Shown here one piece after another: positions 1-6,655 of a stretch of DNA of 20,376 nucleotides. Location of the stretch: the NCBI GenBank assembly GCA_036478295.1, contig JAZGDW010000060.1, positions 1-20,376 of the forward strand, read 5' to 3'. The notes below the pieces were generated by a model. The model made no database searches, had not been told where the DNA came from, and saw nothing but the letters and a program-made list of their open reading frames with translations. The stretch is from Candidatus Krumholzibacteriia bacterium. Lineage in GTDB: Bacteria; Krumholzibacteriota; Krumholzibacteriia; WVZY01. Within the stretch, counting starts at the first letter, position 1, and each line of letters starts with the position of its first letter. Both the position numbers and the translations under genes were made by a program.

Positions 1-693
1 GGGAGCAGTTGGGTGAGTCAAACGAGCGGGACGACGAACTGGCTATGGGGCGTCTCCTTTACCGATGCCACGACGGGGACGGCCGTGGGAGATAGGGGCA
101 CGATCTTGCGGACGACAGCGAGTATCGGTACCGGGTTCCTTCCGAGTTTCCAGTCGTACTGGACCGGAAGCCACGTCGAGGTCTCATGGAGATTGATCGA
201 CATCGAGGGTGAACTGACATTTAACGTGTCGCGACGAAGTGGCTCGAGCGAGCGCTATGCACGGGTCCACGACCCGGAAATCATCCGCAACGGCGATGAA
301 TTTGTCTTCGTCGATCGCTCCACTGAACCTGCCACGAGGTACTACTACCTGGTGACAATCAAAGAGGATGGCAGCGTTGTAAGCTCCTTTGAAACCGCGA
401 CCACTACCCCTTTGTTGAAATTCGCTCTGGGGCAAAACCATCCGAACCCGTTCAATCCGGCGACCCGTATCGATTTCGCGGTGGACCAGAAGGGCCCGGT
501 GCATCTCGCTATCTATGACATTTCCGGGAAGCTCGTTCGCACACTTATCAACCGAAGGATGCGTTCGGGCCCGCACTCAGAAGAATGGGACGGTCGGGAT
601 AACGGGGGCAGAGCGGTTGCCAGTGGGATCTATTTCTACCGCCTTACGGCGGGAAAAAAGTCGCTGGCGCGAAAGGCTGTTCTTCTGAAGTAA
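1..693 (+). CDS. Secreted protein, C-terminal part only: YCF48/BNR-like repeat, FN3-like domain, FlgD-Ig/T9SS-type C-terminal domain
   Basis: The frame is open from base 1 (GSSWVSQTSGTTNWLWGVSFTDATTGTAVGDRGTILRTT, a YCF48-like repeat unit). It continues through an FN3-like segment (VEVSW...FVD..TEPATRYYY) to QNHPNPFNP...IYDISGKLVRTL...WDGRDNGGRAVASGIYFYRL...KAVLLK. The start lies outside the window. Confidence 0.85.
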   Translation, partial: GSSWVSQTSGTTNWLWGVSFTDATTGTAVGDRGTILRTTASIGTGFLPSFQSYWTGSHVEVSWRLIDIEGELTFNVSRRSGSSERYARVHDPEIIRNGDEFVFVDRSTEPATRYYYLVTIKEDGSVVSSFETATTTPLLKFALGQNHPNPFNPATRIDFAVDQKGPVHLAIYDISGKLVRTLINRRMRSGPHSEEWDGRDNGGRAVASGIYFYRLTAGKKSLARKAVLLK

Positions 694-791
694 GCGGGCC
701 GACCTTTTGCGATGTCGCCTGATCCAGCTGCGAGCCGAACCACAGCGCTCAATCCTCCAGCGTAGTACGTAACCTCACGGCGCCGCACTCC

Positions 792-2370
792 TCAGCGAAC
801 AAACACGATCTTGCGAGTCCGCTTCTCGCCCCCAAAGTGCAGGACACCGAAGTATACGCCCCGCGCAACCCGCCGGCCGTCGGCCCGGCGACCGTCCCAT
901 TGGGCCGTGTAGTCGCCCGCCACCTGGTGCCCGTCGATAAGGCTGGCGACACGGCGCCCGGTTACATCGTAGATGGCAAGGTTCACCCAGCCGGCCGAAG
1001 GCAGCGTGTAGCGAAGCCGGGTGGAAAACGCAAACGGGTTGGGCGCGCCCGCCAGTAGTTGCGGTGAAGCGACCTGAACGCGCTTGCCGATCGCCGTGAC
1101 GACCGTCCCCTTGACAATCGTGAAATCATCCCTTGGGATACCTGTGTTGTCGATGAACACCGCGTCGAGCTGATTGCCGTTTATGTCCAGTACCACAGAA
1201 CCCGTTGTGCTGCCCAGCGACGTGACCATGACTGGATGGTTGGGCGTTGTTCTGCGGGCTGCTGATCCGACACCGTTCACCATGTACACCGCGCCCTCGT
1301 GCGGTGCGGGACCCAGCGTGGGCTTGTGATAGGCGCCGTCGCCGAGCACGCTGCCGTCGCCGGCATCCACCTTCATACTGTCATGGAGCGTGGACGACAC
1401 ATCGTAATGCTCGTCGAGGAGAAACGAGCGCTCGTACGAATGGCTGTGGCCACTGAGCACCAAATCCACTCCCCTGGCCTCGAGTATGGGCAGCGCGTTC
1501 TCGCGCATGTCCCTCAGGCGGCCGCCGTTTTTGTTCCCGTCGTCCGATTTGTGCGAACCGTCCGAATACGGCGGATGGTGCCAGTAAGCAATGATCCAGT
1601 CCTGCGACGTCGCGGCGAGATCAAGCGCCATCCAGGTGAACATCGGTCCGCTGGGTTCGAGGCTGGACTCGTGCGAGTCCAGACAGATGAAATGGATGTT
1701 CGCGAAATCGAAAGAGTAATACGCTTCGGTGCCCGAAGCCAGCCCACCTGCCTCGCCGGCGGTCGGCATGCTGAAGATGTCGTAATAATCATTGTTGTCA
1801 CCGGCGTACAAAAGATCGTGGTTTCCGCGCGTCGGCCACAGGATGGTGTTTCGGAGCAGCTGCGGGTACATATCGAAGACGGCGGCCTGATGCTCAGCGT
1901 CGGTGCCGCTCTCGTAGGCGTTGTCCCCGAGCATGAGCCACACGTCGGTTTGCTCCGAGCCGGGGTGGGAGAGGTACGCGTCCCTCACAACTGCTGCGTC
2001 CTCGTCGGGTGAGCCCGAATCGCCGATTACCCACACCCGTGTCCGTTCCCACGGAGTAGTAGTACCTCGTTTCAGGCAACAGGCCGGTGATTTCGGCGAT
2101 GTGCTCCGTCGTGGTGTCCGCGTCGTCGACGACCATTGTGAGGTTCCCCGGTGCCGGGCCACATTGAACGCGGCTGTTCGTGGCAACATCGGTGCGCCAC
2201 CGCACCACCACGCTGCTCGGCGTGCCGATAGCCAAATACGGCCCACGCACGACAGTCTGTGCTGCCGCGATGCCGGGCCGCTGCAGCGCCATCAGCGTGA
2301 TCAGACAAGCCCCGCACGCGAAACGACAGCATGTGACGGCGACCCTCGCGAAGCAGAATTGCCTTTTCAT
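792..2370 (-). pseudogene. Purple-acid-phosphatase-type metallophosphoesterase (signal peptide, FN3-like domain, calcineurin-like catalytic domain, FlgD-Ig CTD), split by a frame break near 2033-2045; true pseudogene or assembly error
   Basis: ORF 1894..2370 gives the N-terminus (MKRQ...AAAQTVVRGPYL..GTPSSVVVRWRTD...GLLPETRYYYSVGT). ORF 792..2246 gives the catalytic domain with the PAP metal motifs GDSG, GDNAY, GNHD, WHHPPY and GHSH, plus the CTD ending KIVFVR. GAGGAG lies upstream of ATG 2370. Confidence 0.85.
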
Positions 2371-3266
2371 GGTGCCTTGCTCCTCTCCGTGCCCGAAGTT
2401 TTCATTTCGGGGCCTGTCGCTCGCAGTTTATTTCTGAGAAAGCTTTCCAGCTCCATAGTAGAACTCGTGTGCCGAGTACGGGTGGAAAGGGCATCGACAG
2501 CGTCCAGCGCTTCGGTGTACGCCGCTTGCGCTTCCATCCAGCGGCCCGCTGTTTCCAGTAGTTCACCGCGGCGCTTTAGCAGCACCTCTTTGCGGTTGTA
2601 TTGCGTAGCAAGCCGATCGAGGCGCACGAGTGCCTCATCGTATCGCCCCCGGGCTGCTTCCAGATCGATCGCGTACCACTGCAGCGTCGCCACCGGGCCG
2701 AGGCGTGCGATCCCCTCATCCAGGCCAAGGATGGCACGGTCGATGGCGTCGCCGGTACTTTGCACGGCAAGGCGCGCTCGTTCGAGGTAATGCACCGGCA
2801 GCGGCTTCGACGTGCGCTCGATCGCCCGATCCATCGCGCGGATCGCGTCGTGCCGGCGGTCCAACTCAGCCAGCGCCCGTGCCCGAAGAAAAATCGCGTC
2901 GGCCCTGTCCGGCTCGTAGGTTAGATAAACGTTTACGTGTGTGAGAGCTTTTCCCGCGTGGCCTTCGTCGAAGTGCAGCTGGCCCAGCGCCAGGTGAACC
3001 TCGTGCAAGGCCGGGTCGAGACGGGCCGCACGCTCGTAGTCAGCCTCGGCGGCCGCGGCGTTTTCGTCCAGGCGATAGAGTTCGCCCCGACGAAGATAGA
3101 GCCTCGCGTTCCGGGGTTGCTCTTCGATGTGGCGGGAGATGCCCTCGATCTGCTCGTGAAGCGGGCCGTGGGCATAGAGACCCGCCGACGCCGTCGTGAG
3201 AATAGTGACCCAGACGCCAAGAAACAAAGTTCCCCTGAGTTGCTGCCTACCAGCTCGCTGCGTCAT
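2367..3266 (-). CDS. Secreted tetratricopeptide-repeat protein; predicted mature N-terminus HGPLHEQI
   Basis: A hydrophobic signal peptide ends GLYA|H, followed by several TPR-like units (LYLRRGELYRL...AEADYERAARLDP; HLALGQLHF...). Its TGA overlaps the phosphoesterase ATG (ATGA at 2367-2370). The start is probably ATG 3266, although the ORF is open to 3323. Confidence 0.85.
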   Translation of the reverse strand: MTQRAGRQQLRGTLFLGVWVTILTTASAGLYAHGPLHEQIEGISRHIEEQPRNARLYLRRGELYRLDENAAAAEADYERAARLDPALHEVHLALGQLHFDEGHAGKALTHVNVYLTYEPDRADAIFLRARALAELDRRHDAIRAMDRAIERTSKPLPVHYLERARLAVQSTGDAIDRAILGLDEGIARLGPVATLQWYAIDLEAARGRYDEALVRLDRLATQYNRKEVLLKRRGELLETAGRWMEAQAAYTEALDAVDALSTRTRHTSSTMELESFLRNKLRATGPEMKTSGTERSKAP

Positions 3267-3401
3267 CGGTGGCGGGCAGTGTAACACAAACTCCTGAAAA
3301 GAGAAAGCGGTTAAAGTGGACACTATATAATTGCGGGGGCCTTCCTGTGGTAAAGCACCCCGTATTGCTTACTATCTCGGACCGCGCGGTTCTCTATCGA
3401 T

Positions 3402-3422
3402 GGAGCGCGAGGCTCCTTTTTT
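3402..3422 (+). terminator. Possible intrinsic terminator-like hairpin in the divergent intergenic region
   Basis: GGAGC-GCGAG-GCTCC followed by TTTTTT. The stem is only 5 bp and there is no obvious + strand gene upstream. Confidence 0.3.
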
Positions 3423-3435
3423 CTACTGTTTTTTC

Positions 3436-3444
3436 TGCTATAAT
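3436..3444 (+). promoter_or_regulatory. Extended -10 sigma70-type promoter element for 3590..6355
   Basis: TG-C-TATAAT in an AT-rich patch about 145 bp upstream of the ATG. Confidence 0.55.
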
Positions 3445-3589
3445 ATGGGTGCCGTGCGTCCCGCCTTGACGGCTCCTGCGCCGCATCTTGTCACCCGGGC
3501 ATCGTGTCCGAATCCGTCGGGGCGCGATCGTCCACGCCATTCTGTTCAACAAATCATTCACCTATCCGCATAACCCTGGGGGCCGATGA

Positions 3590-6355
3590 ATGCGCGGTAT
3601 CCGTTATGGGATGCGAGTCTGCGGCGGTATTGTGATCTTGTGGCTGACCCTAGCGACCGCCTCTTACGCACAAGTATTTGTAAAGACCGACGCGATCGGA
3701 AACAACGATGGCACGTCGTGGAATGACGCGTTCACCGACCTCCAGAACGCGCTCGCTCTCACGAGCGCCGGCGAGCTGTGGGTGGCGGCTGCAACCTATT
3801 TGCCGACCTCCGGCGTGGACCGCACGGCGGCCTTTCAGCTCAAGAACGGCGTCTCGCTCTACGGCGGCTTCGCTGGTACGGAGACGGCGCTTGGCGAGCG
3901 AGACGTCATTGCCAATCCGACGATACTCAGTGGTGAGATCGGTGCTCCGGGCATCGCCGATAATTCGTACCACGTCGTGACGGGCAGTGGAACGGACGGG
4001 ACCGCGCTGCTCGATGGGTTTATCGTGAGCGGTGGCAACGCCGACGGCTCCGGCACCGACGATGACGGTGCGGGAATGCTCAATGTCGGGGGAAGTCCCA
4101 CGGTAAACAGCGTGATTTTTGCGGGCAACTCCGCCTTTGCCAACGGCGGCGCCGTCGCCAACATGAGCGGCAGCAGCCCGACGCTGACGAACTGCCTGTT
4201 CGAAGGAAACGACGGGCAGAACGGGGGAGGCGTATACAATCTCACGAACTCGAGTCCGGTTCTCACGAACGTCACGTTTTACGGTAACGCGGCGGGGAGC
4301 GGCGGCGGCGGGATGCTCAGTGTCGATGCCAGCCACCCCACGGTGTCGAACGCGATTTTCTACGGCAACACGGCACTCCTCGGACCGCAGATCCGGAGCA
4401 TCCTGGGCAGCGTCCCCGTGATCGCCTATTCGCTCGTCGAGGGATCGGGCGGCAGCGGCGCGGGTTGGGATGCGGCCCTCGGCGCTGATGGCGGCGGCAA
4501 CATCGACGCGGATCCGGTGTTCGTCGATGCGGCGGGCGGCGATTTTGAGCTCCACCGCAGCTCACCGGGCATCGACGCCGGTAACGTCGGCGCGCCGAAC
4601 CTTCCCGCCACGGACTTGAAAGGCGATCCGAGGATCTTCGGGTCGACCGTCGACCTGGGTGTCTTCGAGTTGCACGTGTTCTGCCCCGCCGGCAACGTGA
4701 TGTACGTGGACGTCTCGGCGATCGGGACCGCCGACGGGACATCCTGGGGGGATGCACATACAGATATTCAAGAAGCGTTCTACACCCTGACACTGTGCCC
4801 CGGGGTGACCGAGTTCTGGGTGGCTGCCGGCACCTACTCCCCCACGGACGGCACGGATCGGACGGCCACGTTTGAACTGGCGAGCGATGTGGCGCTGTAC
4901 GGTGGTTTTGTGGGTACGGAGACTGCGCGCGGACAGCGAAATCCATCGGTTAACGTAACCGTCCTGAATGGTGAGATCGGAAGCGCGGCGAGCCTGACGG
5001 ATAATTCTTACCACGTGGTGACGGCGGATAGCGTGACGGGTACAGTATTGGACGGATTTACCATTTCGGGCGGTTGGGCCTCCAGTAGTGGGGTTCTTTA
5101 TGGTGGTGGCGTGTTCGGGGTCGCGTGCAGCCTCACCGTCGCGAATTGCACCTTCGAGGGCAACTTCGCCTCGCACGGGGGTGGAGGCCTGTCGGTGCAA
5201 GACGGCGGGGCCACCTTAACGAACGTGGTCTTCCTGGGCAACGCGACGTCCCTTTTCTTCGGGCATGGGGGTGCGGTCCGCGGCTGGCAAAGCGATCTCG
5301 CGCTCACCGGCGCCACGTTCGACGGCAACAACGGACAATTGGGCGGGGGGCTATATACCTATTTTGGCAGTCTCACCGCGACCGGCGTCATCTTTCGGAA
5401 CAACGCGAGCTTCTCCGGTGGCGGCGGCTACGTGTGGGTAACGAATGCTCTGTTCGTCGATGCGGTCTTCGAGGGAAACACCGCTTCGAGCGGGGTCGAT
5501 GGAGGCGGGGGGCTGTATCGAGTCGGTGGGACCTCGACGTTGGACATTGTCAATGCCGTCTTCTTCAACAATAGTGCCACCGTCCAGGGCGGCGGACTCC
5601 ACGTCCGGGGCAACCTGGCGACGATCACGAATGTGTCCTTCGCGGGTAACTCGGCGGACTACGGGGGAGGCGTGTACAATGCCACCGGCACGCCCACGGC
5701 GATGACCAACACGATTCTGTGGGGCAATACGGCTGCGACAACCGGAGCCCAGCTGTTCAACGGGATAACCGCCCCGACGATTAGCTTCTCCCTTATCGAG
5801 AACTCGGGTGGCAGCGGCGCTCCGTGGGATACGACGCTCGGTACCGACGGCGGCAATAACATAGACGCCGATCCGCTCTTCGCCGATCAACCCGGTGGTG
5901 ACCTCCGCCTGACAGCGACGTCTCCCGCCATTAACGCCGGGGATAACAGCGCGCCGAATCTGCCACCGACCGACCTCGACGGCAAATCCCGCGTCCTCGG
6001 TGGTGCCGTCGATATGGGACCGTACGAATTCGATGCGCCGACCGCATTCAATGATCCCATCGTACCGGCTCTACCCAAGGGGTCGGTGATCCGGGCAGTC
6101 TATCCCAATCCGTTCAACCCGACGGTGACGATCGAGTTCGATGTGGACCAGGCGCGGTTTGTGGAGGTCACGATTTTCGACGTTCGGGGCAAGCTCGTTC
6201 ACCGGCCGTTCGCTGGCCGGCGGCCGGCGGGAACCCATCGTGTGCAGTGGGACGGCCGGGATGGCAGCGGCCGCAGCGTTGCGAGCGGCGTCTACATCGT
6301 CCGGGTTCGGTCCGAGGGATGGCGTGACCAGAAAAAGGTCGTTCTGCTCAAGTAG
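3590..6355 (+). CDS. Secreted right-handed beta-helix (Pmp-like GGA/FxxN repeat) protein with two tandem modules, each ending in a choice-of-anchor-Q-like domain, plus FlgD-Ig CTD
   Basis: Signal peptide ends ASYA|Q. Both modules start DA/SA.G..DGTSW.DA.TD.Q, carry repeated F.GN.A...GGG motifs and end NIDADP.F.D..GGD..L...SP.I.AG...DL.G..R..G..VD.G..E. The C-terminus reads YPNPFNP...WDGRDGSGRSVASGVY...KVVLLK. Confidence 0.88.
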   Translation: MRGIRYGMRVCGGIVILWLTLATASYAQVFVKTDAIGNNDGTSWNDAFTDLQNALALTSAGELWVAAATYLPTSGVDRTAAFQLKNGVSLYGGFAGTETALGERDVIANPTILSGEIGAPGIADNSYHVVTGSGTDGTALLDGFIVSGGNADGSGTDDDGAGMLNVGGSPTVNSVIFAGNSAFANGGAVANMSGSSPTLTNCLFEGNDGQNGGGVYNLTNSSPVLTNVTFYGNAAGSGGGGMLSVDASHPTVSNAIFYGNTALLGPQIRSILGSVPVIAYSLVEGSGGSGAGWDAALGADGGGNIDADPVFVDAAGGDFELHRSSPGIDAGNVGAPNLPATDLKGDPRIFGSTVDLGVFELHVFCPAGNVMYVDVSAIGTADGTSWGDAHTDIQEAFYTLTLCPGVTEFWVAAGTYSPTDGTDRTATFELASDVALYGGFVGTETARGQRNPSVNVTVLNGEIGSAASLTDNSYHVVTADSVTGTVLDGFTISGGWASSSGVLYGGGVFGVACSLTVANCTFEGNFASHGGGGLSVQDGGATLTNVVFLGNATSLFFGHGGAVRGWQSDLALTGATFDGNNGQLGGGLYTYFGSLTATGVIFRNNASFSGGGGYVWVTNALFVDAVFEGNTASSGVDGGGGLYRVGGTSTLDIVNAVFFNNSATVQGGGLHVRGNLATITNVSFAGNSADYGGGVYNATGTPTAMTNTILWGNTAATTGAQLFNGITAPTISFSLIENSGGSGAPWDTTLGTDGGNNIDADPLFADQPGGDLRLTATSPAINAGDNSAPNLPPTDLDGKSRVLGGAVDMGPYEFDAPTAFNDPIVPALPKGSVIRAVYPNPFNPTVTIEFDVDQARFVEVTIFDVRGKLVHRPFAGRRPAGTHRVQWDGRDGSGRSVASGVYIVRVRSEGWRDQKKVVLLK

Positions 6356-6497
6356 GTGGACGCCGGCGTACGGAAGCCCCTGCCGTTCCCCCAGTACAAG
6401 CCTGTTTACGGCAGCCTCTTAGCGTACCGAATAGCCGGAAACATAACATTTCTCAAATGGCCGCGGGAATTCCTAACTGGATGGTGAACGCCTCATG

Positions 6498-6506
6498 TGA
6501 TATAAT
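6498..6506 (+). promoter_or_regulatory. Extended -10 sigma70-type promoter element for 6656..9586
   Basis: TG-A-TATAAT about 150 bp upstream of the ATG. A GAGGAG Shine-Dalgarno lies 7 nt before ATG 6656. Confidence 0.55.
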
Positions 6507-6655
6507 CCCCGCGTCTCAATGGGGCAGTCAGGCTCGCAACGGAGCGGAGCCTTGCCCAAAGTCGCCCCCCACCCTGCGCTGAGCACCGCCGACCGCTTTA
6601 CGCCTCCATTGTCCAACATTAGCGCTGCGATTTACCGTATTCGAGGAGTATCAAA

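Noticed and set aside
334..348. The 15-mer ACGAGGTACTACTAC also occurs inverted at 2056-2070
   Set aside because: Both copies encode TRYYY in FN3-like domains. Protein-level motif sharing explains the match, and no recombinase is nearby.
694..791. Spacer between convergent genes checked for a terminator
   Set aside because: There is no convincing stem followed by a U-tract on either strand.
2030..2050. Programmed ribosomal frameshift as the explanation of the split phosphatase
   Set aside because: There is no slippery sequence, and coding sequence appears to be missing at the junction, which recoding could not restore.
6527..6551. GTCAGGCTCGCAACGGAGCGG resembles SRP RNA helix 8 (CAGG-nnn-GNRA-nnn-AGCAG)
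   Set aside because: The pair closing the tetraloop would be C-C, AGCAG is not matched, and there is no long enclosing stem.
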